Assembly (NCBI GenBank): GCA_963693365.1
Contig: CAVNZM010000010.1
Coordinates: 4,276,159-4,340,158, forward strand
Direction of reading: 5' to 3'
Source of the DNA: Amoebidium appalachense
Lineage: Eukaryota > Protista > Ichthyosporea
Length of the DNA: 64,000 nucleotides
A program made the position numbers and the translations under genes. How positions within the stretch are numbered: the stretch's first letter is position 1; every line of letters begins with the position of its first letter. Below the pieces are notes generated by a model. It was not told the origin of the DNA, did no database searches, and worked only from the letters and a program-made list of their open reading frames with translations. This document shows positions 1 through 14,365 of the stretch, piece after piece.

Positions 1-6
1 CCACAG

Positions 7-3021
<3,015 letters not shown>

Positions 3022-3077
3022 TTGGCCGCAAAAAGTGGGCACGTGCAATGATTGGCTGAATGTCATGGTCACGGTCG

Positions 3078-3110
<33 letters not shown>

Positions 3111-3917
3111 GGCTGGGTGTGTACTGGGTGGCTTCTCTTCGTATACACGCATGAATGAAGCAATCGACACGAGATAACTTGGAAGGAAACTTTTTTTGTT
3201 TTTTTTTTTGTTTTTTTACCCCCTCCACTTTAAGCCTGATGCTGCCAGGCCCTAGGTGCCTCCGGGGGCGCGCGGGGGGGGGGGGGGGGGGGGGGAGGGG
3301 GGGGATATGACAAAGAATGTTACGGGAGCCTAGTGAATACTGTTTGTGGCACGGCTGTGAAATGGGATGAATGGCTGGGAGTTTCTTTTTCCGCAATAGT
3401 TGGGTAGGATCGAAGTGTTTGTCCTCGAATATTAGTGGTGTGTGCTGACGGTGAATTTTTTTTTGTCACGGATCATGTGGGGAATGAGTCATCGATAGTC
3501 AATGTTACGTTATTTGAATGGCATGTGACAATCTATTGAATTTGAGGAATATTCCTACTTTTTTATTGTTTTATGAAAACTGTCTTTTTTTGCGCGCAAA
3601 AACTTCCCGCCCAAATTTCTATATTTGGCTGATTGTGCGATCGCGCGAAAATAATTGGTCCATACATAATTTTTTTGATTTTGCGATATTCCTATTTTTT
3701 TTATATTGTTTATAATTATTCATCGAAACGTTACTCGGTTGGGAATGATAGACAACAGCAAATAAAATGAATCGGGCTATGTGTAATGCATGGCCAGCAC
3801 AAACATCACTGTAAACCTCCTATGTCTACGCTTGCTGTATGTAGACATCCACCATGGCACACATGCACCGCACACACGCACACACGCACAGTCTCTCTCT
3901 CACTCACACACACACAC

Positions 3918-3979
<62 letters not shown>

Positions 3980-4780
3980 ACACACGCACACACACACACA
4001 GACACACACATACACATACACGCACACACACACACACGTACACACGCGCACACACACACACGTGCACATTGTTAAATTATTCATCGACGAGGCCACAGAC
4101 AACTAACAGTTAAGGCCCAGTCCTCTAAAAAGGAATAGAACATCATAACCCACCTTCCACTCAAGAACTGCATCTTCTTCTTTCATCTGAGCCGCAAACA
4201 TATATGTATTAAGCATAGGCAAAATATGAACCATAGTACTCGAATTCCGGATCCGATCCCACAATCACCACCAAAATAGGTACTGTATTGATACTCAAAT
4301 TACTCAAATGCCAAGACGGTGCCCGACTGGTGACCTCTCATTGGCTAAACCAAACTGCAACTGTTTGCAGTAAATCCGTGCTGGCAGCCGTGTGGCTCCA
4401 ATCACAACGTCTAAAACTGCCAATTTTCCTTGCTCACCCATCATCATGCACAGCTTAATGAACTTTAACATGAGTCCCCATGATCAAAGCCTTCACCACT
4501 ACTCTCAAATTCACACCCACACGTGTACACAACCTCCGTTCTGCTTTGATAATTGAAATTGAGCTTATCCTGTGGGTAAACCGATCGCGAACTGTGACTC
4601 AATAAAAAGACATGTTAACTCCGTTAAGGGACGATCATGATACAATTGGCTTTCTGTAACGATACCAGCAAGAGAGTGTACCGTGCGAACGTGCGGTTGG
4701 ATGGAGGCTTGCACGTGCAGACTGTGTCTATTAGAAAAGGGTGGCTGAAGGGTGCAACTTTTAAAGGGTGTTTCTTGTAG

Positions 4781-5048
4781 GTTTCCGGGTCAGGTCAGAC
4801 TCAGTTCGGAACAGTTCTCTGCGATTTGGTTGGCATGGTGTGCACCTGCTTGACCCGGAAGGCCCCATAAATTTGGCCTACAAGAAACCCCCTTTGAATG
4901 TATGCAAGTATATGCAACTTGGGGGTGACGTATGCGTGACCGCTCTGTAACTACCCTGGACCGTTTGTATTCATGATGCACAGAGAACATGAACCAAAGT
5001 TTTCAAATTACAGTTACTATGTGGGCATGTCACGTTTACCTTCCTCAT

Positions 5049-5079
<31 letters not shown>

Positions 5080-5120
5080 CCCCCCCCCCCCCCCCCCAAC
5101 CACCACCACCACCACCCACC

Positions 5121-5219
<99 letters not shown>

Positions 5220-5440
5220 CTACCTCCCCCCCCCCCCCCCCCCCCCCCCTCTCGCGCACAGCGCAAAACTAAGTACTGTCTCACGGCAGTAGTACTGTAC
5301 ATGCCCGCTTCTTGCCATACGTAAGCTTGGACACAAGCCCGAGGATATGGCAATCAGGAGTTGCGTTAACGAGACAGCACATCCGGCAACTCCTCGGGCT
5401 ATCGAATTACTGGGTGAGTGGGTGGGTGGTATTTTTTTTT

Positions 5441-5503
<63 letters not shown>

Positions 5504-5773
5504 GTATGGTTCCAGCGACCACACGAGGCGCCAAGCCTATGGTTGTAAGGGAGCCGGGGAACCTGGTGGCAACACAGGTGGTGGTGGTATTAATTTAACA
5601 TGTGTGCCACAACGGTGAGGTTGAGGGGAAGGGTTGGAGGGGAGGGGGAGGGGGGAGGGGGAGGAGGGGGGGGGGGGGGGGGGAGGAGAGGGGAGGGGCA
5701 GGCTGAATAAAGCATTCTCTTTCTCTTTTCCTTCCCTTAAGTTTTTCGTTTTTTTCCTCGTTATTTTTTTATT

Positions 5774-5811
<38 letters not shown>

Positions 5812-6899
5812 TGCGTGTGCGCAGCGCACACACACGCATGTGTGACTTTCGGTTCGGAGAGCTCATACATCCATACAGGAAAAGCTTCTAGATTCAGACA
5901 GCTCTTAGGGTGAAAAAATGTGAAGTTAAACTGTTTAAAACATACTAATATAGCCAATCGAATCCCCTCTGTTATTTTACTCGTGTGGCGGCCAGTTGAC
6001 TGCCTCGGTGGCACCAGTAGGCGCCCTAATTTAGTAGCTAAAGTAGCTAAAGTACCAGTTTCGTCGGTCTCAAGACTCTAGAAGACGGGTTTTTTATGAG
6101 GGATATCAACCATCTCTGGAGGTCCCCTTTTGGAAGAAAGCAGAATACTAAGTTGAAATACAACTTTAAAAAGGCTTCGTATGGTTCGATTTGGTTATTC
6201 GTTTGCGACCCATAATCATCCAAAGAAACGTGTTTTTTTTTTTTTTAAGGCTTCGAGCCAGAATCGTGGCGGTTGGGTGACCACCCAAAGTCATGTGCAC
6301 CGTGCTTTTTAATGCCCGTGCACTCTTCGAGCGCCAGGCGCAAACACTGCTGGAGGGTAACTCACCAAAAATGTTAGCGCAATCAATCAGCTCCCCCCCC
6401 CCCCCCCCCCCTCCCCCCCCCCCCCCCTCCTCCCCCACGCACGCTGCCACTACCACCACCATCACCAGCACATGGTGGACCCATCTCCACTTCTGTTTTT
6501 GATTATTGGGATCGGTTTCGTAAAATACCAAAAACTAAAGAATTTAGAGGCATATGCATCATGAGAATAAAAATAGCTGCACCAGATACCATTTTGCTCA
6601 GTTCCTGCCGCGCCAGATGGGTTGGCGTGGGCAAGAGAGGTGATGATGGAAGTGTTGGTGCGTGTCACGGGAGGGGGGAGGGGCAAAAGGAGGAAGGGGG
6701 GATGGCAGTTATAATATCTTTTTTCCGTTTCTTCCTTCCTTAATTCTCTTTCTTTTCTTCAACGTTTTCTTTAGTGTTTCCATAATTTATGAAACTCTCT
6801 GCGTGAGTAACAGTGTGTGTGTTTGTGTGTGTATGTGTCACGGTTATGTCTGCGGGTGTGAGTGTGTGCTATGTGTGTGTGCGTGTACGTATATGTAAC

Positions 6900-6971
<72 letters not shown>

Positions 6972-7592
6972 TGTGTGTGTGTTGTGGGTGGGTGGGGGTG
7001 GGGAAAGGGGTTGGGTGAGGTGGGGTGGGGTGGGGGGAGGGGGGGGGGGAAGGGGGGGGCGGGGGGCGAGGGGAGGGGGAGGGGACGGGACTCAGGGGGT
7101 TTGTGGGTGGGTGGGTAGTTAAGGAAGGGAAATGTGTGTTACGGTGTTTTTATTTTTTTTTTGTTTATTTGTTTTTTTTGTTTTTTTTGGGGGGGGGGGG
7201 GGGGGGGGGGGGGAAGGGAGGAGGGGGGGGGGGGGGGGGGGGGATGTGGCACAGACCCACCAGACAGGGTGCCCCACCGTGTCCCCACCCCCCCTCGGGC
7301 CCCCGCTTCCCAGAGCCTCCCCCGCCCACGAAAAGTTCATCAGGCCTCGCACCAGGGGGAGGGGGGGGAGGGGGGGGGGGGGGGGGACTGGGGTGCAAAC
7401 GAGGGTGGAACCCACACATCCCCGGCGGCCATGCACACACACATTCGCACACGCACACGCAAGCGCGTGCACATACCCACATACGACGCACACACACACA
7501 CAAGCATGCATGCACGCAAACGTGCGGACGGACGTACACAAGCACACACGCGCGCATGCACGCATGTGCGCGCGCACACACACGGTCACACG

Positions 7593-7643
<51 letters not shown>

Positions 7644-8090
7644 TGTGACACACACATACACGCGTGCGCGCCGTGCACACACACACAGTGTGCGTGTACA
7701 CACACAAACCATGAGTACGAAGGCCGCCGGTACACGTTGTTCTAACCAAGTCAACTAGGGGCACCCCCGTTAGGTGTTAGGCACTTTAGAACGGAATGAA
7801 TTGCATGTGGAAATATTGATGTAAACACTTTTAACCTATTAGAGTGGGCCCGGGATACGGTGGTGTATGAGATATTTGTAGGGAGGCCCCCACCCTTCCG
7901 GGGGGGGGGGGGGGGGGGGGAGAGGAGGTGGGGGGAGGGGGGGGGGGGGGGAGGGGGGGGGGGAGTACACGCATCGGCATGCAGGCACAGTATCGCCGGA
8001 TAATATGGCATCATTGCTCATTGGTCCCGCCCCCACTGACCTGACTCGGAGAAGGGAGGGGCCACCACTTGCAAGCCTTCAGGCATAGGG
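4781..8090 (+). CDS. Possible uncharacterised multi-exon gene or relic; candidate exons ~4781-4899, ~5290-5413, ~6059-6121, ~6250-6356, ~6585-6657
   Basis: Islands of unique sequence bounded by YAG/GT between repeat-filled introns, with open frames such as STVHARFLPYVSLDTSPRIWQSGVALTRQHIRQLLGLSNYW and GFEPESWRLGDHPKVMCTVLFNARALFERQAQTLLE. No family recognised and a complete model was not closed. Confidence 0.35.
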
Positions 8091-8118
8091 GGATTGGATT
8101 AGATTATGTAGCCTCCCC

Positions 8119-8153
<35 letters not shown>

Positions 8154-8511
8154 ACCTCCCAAGCTTCAAATCCAAAATACTTCTAGACCTCATGATCAAT
8201 GGGCAAATCATGTGGCGCAAAGAGTTAAATACTTCAAGACGTTTTTTTCCTCGCATCATATGATTGGGCCACAAGAAGGAGGGGCATGTCTATAATTGTA
8301 ATATTCGTTCCGCAGCCCCCGGATTCCCTTTTTTAGGGGAAAAAAGTGACCATACATATGTCGGGAAGATGATATACATCGAGGGTTTCTTAACTCTATG
8401 AAGAATGCCAAATGAGCCAAAGAGAAAAATTAATCCATAGGTTATCCTTTTTTAAGGAAAAAAAAAGAAGATGGGCTCCTCCCGGAACACTCGGTTTCAG
8501 CTTGTGTGTAC

Positions 8512-8550
<39 letters not shown>

Positions 8551-8919
8551 TGTGAGTGAGCGTGCAAGTGTTAAAAGTTTCCTGGTTGTTGTGTGCCTGG
8601 TGTTTCTCAAGCCAATCAATACCTCTAATAAACAGATCATAATCACATGTGATTTAAATAATTTAATATAGATGTTGTAATTATCGGGCATATATAGATT
8701 TAGCTGATATAATAAACGGCTCACTCAAGTGCATGTGGACGCGAATAGCAGATGAGCACGTGATAGAAGGAAGCCCTACGCCAAACATGCAACAGTCCAC
8801 TTGCCTTTCACATCACGTACGTGCGAGTGCGCCCCACGTGGCCACAGTACACATTCCATAAATTCCTTTCTGTTATCAAATTTGAGAAAACTCTAGGGCC
8901 TTATGAAAATATCCTGTTT

Positions 8920-9140
8920 TTCGCCCTGAGTATCAACCTGGATATACCACGAAAATATCGCAAAGGCCCCAGATTATCCCGTTTTTTTTTTTTTTCGCGA
9001 ATGCCCTGAGTATCATCTGAGTATCATCTCAACATATCCTGAGTATCATCTGAGTATCATCTCAACAAGTATCCCGAAAACCTCCCTGAATATCAAAAGA
9101 TATATCAAAAGTATCCTGTTTGTGCCCTGATTATCAGGCC
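8920..9140. repeat. Clustered short direct repeats (CCTGAGTATCA motif), including a ~33-bp tandem duplication at ~9006-9067; possible subterminal repeats of a DNA transposon
   Basis: cctgagtatcatctgagtatcatctcaaca occurs twice in tandem, and further cctgagtatc/cctgaatatc/cctgattatc variants lie just upstream of the transposase-like relic. Confidence 0.6.
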
Positions 9141-9215
9141 CAAGTATCCAGTCCAGACAACTTACTGACTAAGTTGATCACCCGGATATCTAAGGCGAAG
9201 ACACGTGTGCGCACG

Positions 9216-9311
<96 letters not shown>

Positions 9312-9329
9312 GGGCGGCTTTTTCGTCTG

Positions 9330-10721
9330 CATCTTGCGTGCCCGTTCGATGGTTGCACCCTTGGGCAAATTGGCCGTCTGGGAGGCGAACAACGTGTTGA
9401 GTTGGGCCCCTGGATTGTGGACGACATGGAGGCACTGGCCCTGATGCTGTACGGCCATCACCTCGACCCCCAGTGGGTACCCGTGGGCTGCTACAAGCTA
9501 CCGGAGGAGTACTTCAACGTTGCCCCCCTCTCCTGTGTGGCCAATGCCCCGGCGCAGGAGCCAGTTGCGGTGCCCGCACCCCCACCTCCGTCTGATAACA
9601 ACGAGCCTGCAGCCATTGGCGTGATGGGCGGGCCAGAGGACTGTGAGGTCGAGGAGGGTGACGGTGCTGCCATGGGGGGGGGGCAACCAGGTGGCGTGTG
9701 GTGCACCACAGCCTGACCCTGCACTGAGGGGCGACTACAAGTTCCTGGCGCAGAAGCAACATGTGGCCATCCCCTTCCTTCCGGTGCTTACCCCTCAGGA
9801 GCGCAAGCTATTCAGCACGCTGCTCCTAGGCACCTACAAGGCACATGCAAATCCAACGGCCAGCTGTTCGAGGCTTTGGCCCAAGACTTCAACAAGGCTG
9901 CCTCTGTGGCTGGGGGCATCTACATGAAGGATGCGGCCTACATCAAGAAGCATTTCGACAAGTGGAAGACCTGGCAGACGGCACATGCACAGCGCTCCAC
10001 ACACTAGGGCCTGGCAGATCACCGCAAGCGTATGCGCGAGGAGAGGGCAGACGCTGTGCCAGCAACCATACGGCCTGCCCCCCTGCCACCCCTCCCTGTT
10101 CCAGACGGTGTCGATGCAGAGGCGCAGCGCGAGCGGCCCTTGCCCATGCGTGTGGGCAAGAAGCATCGCGATATTGGGCCTGAGGGGCCCCTGCAGATGG
10201 ATTTGCCGGTGCCCCCTCCTATACAGCCACCCCAGAGAGCCCCCAAGACCTGCAAGAGGTGTGGCCGCCAGGGCAAGGGCTGTCCCGGCTCCAATCGGGC
10301 CAAGAGCTGCCCACGTTGGGTTGCAGCCAATAAGGATGCCATGCCACCAGCACCCCCGCTTGACATGCAGCAGGGCCATGTGCTGCACATGCCCCCTGCA
10401 CCCCATCCAGGCCCGCACCACCCACATGGCTGGCCCCCACCGTGGGGCATCATGCCGCCTCAGCCCGGCCCTGCCTTCCCCATGCCTGGGCTACTGCCGC
10501 AGCACGGTCCCCATCCTTACTTGGGCCATGTGGGCCAGCCCTCGGCTGGTGGGCAGTTCCCACCCCCTTCTCGTGCATCTGCTGTGCTGGGCCTGCCGTT
10601 GCCACCTGCTGGAGAGACGCAGCTGCAATGGCACGATCGAGAGCAAAGTAGTCGTTGCCGCAAGTCTGGAGGCAGCCAATCAGGATCTCAGAGTAGTCAG
10701 AGTAGCCAAACAAGTGTCTAA
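9330..10721 (+). pseudogene. Degenerate C-terminal part of a putative large DNA-transposon protein (two frameshifts, one in-frame TAG) with CxxC-x6-C-x8-C zinc finger
   Basis: Intronless GC-rich coding-like stretch. The frame of ORF 9120 shifts at the G run ~9675 into YKFLAQKQHVAIPFLPVLTPQERKLF, shifts back ~9850 into FEALAQDFNKAASVAGGIYMKDAAYIKKHFDKW, reads through TAG 10005-10007 and continues in frame with ORF 10032 (CKRCGRQGKGCPGSNRAKSC). The transposon assignment is from recalled motif resemblance. Confidence 0.55.
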
Positions 10722-10838
10722 TATTGGAATGTACACCAATGTAACGGATCTCATATGTGTTGTAGCGCTTCAAGTTATACCTGCTCTTCGTACAGTCATG
10801 TTAGGGGGGAGGGGGGGGGGGCGGGGGGCGGGGCGGGG

Positions 10839-10875
<37 letters not shown>

Positions 10876-11141
10876 CTAGCTTTCATTCCGAAGTTTGCTG
10901 TTAAGAATTATAATTTAGAATCTGAGTAACTGTTTGTTAGTAATTCTTTGTGATCGAGAGTATGGTGTGTTAGACTACTAGTGTTACGAGGAAATGGGGT
11001 CCGGTGGAGGAGGAGGTGGTGTTCTGTGTGTGTGTGTGTACACGTGCACGTATGTGTGTGGTTTTTTTGGGGGGGGGGGGGAGTGGTGGTGGTGGTGGTG
11101 GTTGGTGGTCACCGTGGTGGTGGTGTGTGTGTCTGGTGTGT

Positions 11142-11172
<31 letters not shown>

Positions 11173-12223
11173 GGAGGGGGGGGGGGGGATATAAAGAAAA
11201 ACTGCTCGTGGGTCACTGTTTTTCGTCACTGTATTTGTAACTGGTCGCTCATATTTATATAACTACTTTAAGTACACGTGTTCATTATCATATACGATAG
11301 CCAAATATAGAATTTTTGGCGTCGAAGCTCTTGGAGCTAAAAAAAGCGGGAAAAAAAAGGGGAAATAATTTCTTGGCCCCAATATACCTTGCCATTTTTA
11401 GCGAATGTATTTTTTATTCATTAGTTCTAGTAATTCAGTGAGTGCACGTGCCTGCCTCAGGCTGATCATGACAATTGCAACACACCATATGCATTCCTAC
11501 ATGCATATGGATATCAACCAAAAGAAAACAGTCTCTACTGTGGTGGTCTCCTAAACCTTGTGCGGCATGCGCATACATGGTATTACAGTGACGCATGTGC
11601 ATATTATTGTTCTGTACACCGGAGTGTGGTGCACGTGGCTGTTTTGTGCACACGTTACAATAGCAGCACGATCTCCCTAAACTCCATGTTTACAAATCCC
11701 TCACCCTGGCTCTGCCTTGTCGGTGCTCCAAAACACACACACAAATCCCCCTAGACTCAGTGCCTGCACATGGTCGCATTCACGTGCAGGTCACGTGACA
11801 CATGCAATGCCATACTAGTACTGCCGTCTAGAGCAACAACCACGGCAGCATGTATACCGGCAGCACGAAATATACTTATCGGCAGCCCACTGAACTCGCC
11901 TATTTTCTTTTTTTCATGTATGACCCTGCTTTTTTGTGAAATCACCCTTTTTGGCCTCCCGGTAGTGGATTTTGCAGGATTTGACGTCTTTGAGGTCCAA
12001 AAACCTCAAATTTTCCCTGGCAGGGCCGGGGAGGGAGAATTCAAAATTTGCCCGCTCCTGATATGGTACCCGGGCCCTTCGAACTGAGGTACAAAGGTGA
12101 GTCACGTGATCAGCCGCTCTCCGTATCGTTCGCGTCTCCTTGGAAAATAAGAGCTACCTCACAAGTTAGCAGGTCCCCCGCCAAAACTTTGCCTTGCACC
12201 TTGTACGCCAAACCACCACGGCA

Positions 12224-12376
12224 ATGTCTGACTTCTATGTGTCGGCCAGCTGCTGTCGGCATCGCGAGCGCTATGGACGCTACTACGAAGAGGGCCGCCT
12301 GTGTGACGTAACGCTCCAGGCGGTGGCCCGCGACGGCACGTCACGTGACTTCAACGTCCACCGCGTAGTCATGGTT

Positions 12377-12422
<46 letters not shown>

Positions 12423-12575
12423 CTCTCTCTCTCCTCCCTCCCCCTCCCCCCTCCCTCCTCCTCCTCCTCCTCAATAGAATGACCACCAACAATCCACCCT
12501 TCTTCTCAGACACCCTAAAAGAGCTGCGCACAGTTTTTCCATCTGGCGGCTCTCACAATCCATGTTTGCCACCCC

Positions 12576-12612
<37 letters not shown>

Positions 12613-13117
12613 ACAGCCCCCTCTCCCACCACCCACCACCCTCCGTCCCTTCGTCCCTCCGTCCGTTTATCACTCCCTCTCCCCCTCACAGCTCCCCCCC
12701 TCCGTCCGTTTATCACTCCCTCTCCCCCTCACAGCTCCCCCCTTTCTCCCACCCGCCTACTCACCCACTATCTCTCCCAATCCCCGCCTCACCCTCTCTC
12801 ATCATCGACATTCCTCCTTCACACACACACACGCACTCACACACACACCTCCCTCTCTCCTTCCATCTATCTCGCTCTCCCTCTCTCCTTCCCATTCTCT
12901 CTCTCTCCCTCTCTCTCCCCCTTCCTCCTTCCCTCTCTCTCTCTTTCTCTCTCTCCCGCCCTCCCTTCCTCCCTCCCTCCCTCCCTCCCTCCCTCTCTCC
13001 CCCCTCCCTCCCTCCCTCCCTCCCTCCCTCCCTCCCTCCCTCTCTCCCTCCCTCCCTCCCTCCCTCCCACCCACCCACCCTCCCACCCACCCTCCCCACC
13101 CCCTCTCTCTCTCTCTC

Positions 13118-13148
<31 letters not shown>

Positions 13149-14020
13149 GGCTCTCACTCTCTCACTCTCTGTTTCTCTCTCTAACTCTCTAGACTTGCTG
13201 AGTGTGTGTACACACGCGCAAGTGCCTGTGTGCTTCTGTCCTTCCTCCCATACTCTCATCGTTCTATTCCCCCATCTCTCTACCACGTACCTGTATGCAT
13301 AACGTATCCACCGCATACACATCATGTGCACGTGCCCACGTCCACACAGACACACAAACACACACACACACGTACATTCTCATAAGTTCTCTCCCGTCTT
13401 CCCCATTTAAATTCTCTTCCTCTTGTACCCACGTGGGGACTCTCTCTCTTTCCTCTTCGAAATTTTTTGTTATAGCAAAATGCATGTTGCAACCCCCCTC
13501 CCTTACTCTTTGACAAACACAGAATTACGAATACATCCATCCCCCCCCCCCCCCCCCCCCAAAAAAAAAAAAGAAAAAAAAAAAAGGGAAAACCTCGTTT
13601 ACCACCCCAAAAGACAAAAGCATGTCATGTTCATGTCCACGTTTTTACTCCGCTCCTCTATCATCCTCTCCTGTCCTACACATCTGCGTTCAAGAGCAGA
13701 GCCCCCCCCCTCCCCCCTCCCCCCGCGCGAGATTATCTCCAACCTTGCCCTTCCCCCCTCCCCCGTTCCGTCCCTCCCTCCCTCCCTTCCTGCTTCCTCA
13801 CATCCCCTCCCACCCCCCGCTCCCCTCCCCACACACATTCACCCACAAACCCAAATCCCCCTACCTCAAACCGACCCCCCTCTCCCCCTTCCCTCTTCCT
13901 CCCCTCCCCCGCCTCTCCCTCACTCCCCAGCTCTCCACCTTCGGGCACGAACACGTGAATATCCCTATCTCCAGCAATTTGTGTTTTCTCTCGCGTTTCC
14001 CCCGTTTCCCCCCCCCCCCC

Positions 14021-14055
<35 letters not shown>

Positions 14056-14333
14056 CCCGCCCGATCGATCAGGCTTATGCAGCGTGTAAACTGCGGATGC
14101 CCCCCTGAATCTTGTTCTCTCCTTCTTTTGTTAGCACATATGTTTCGACCTGACCCCCATGTCATGCGCTCTCCCCCCGTTCTTCACCATGTCATGCTCA
14201 TGCACACCCTCTCTGTAATGCATACAGCCGCACGTCTCTCAGTGTATCCGTCCCTCCCATTCTTTGCCCGCGTCCTATTTGTTTAAATTTGCCGGCTATG
14301 TATAACTGTGCCTGCACTTGGACGCGTAGTTGG

Positions 14334-14365
<32 letters not shown>

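Noticed and set aside
9931-10929. 332-aa ORF overlapping the TE relic
   Set aside because: It is an alternative frame of GC-rich sequence; the motif-bearing frame is that of ORFs 9120 and 10032.
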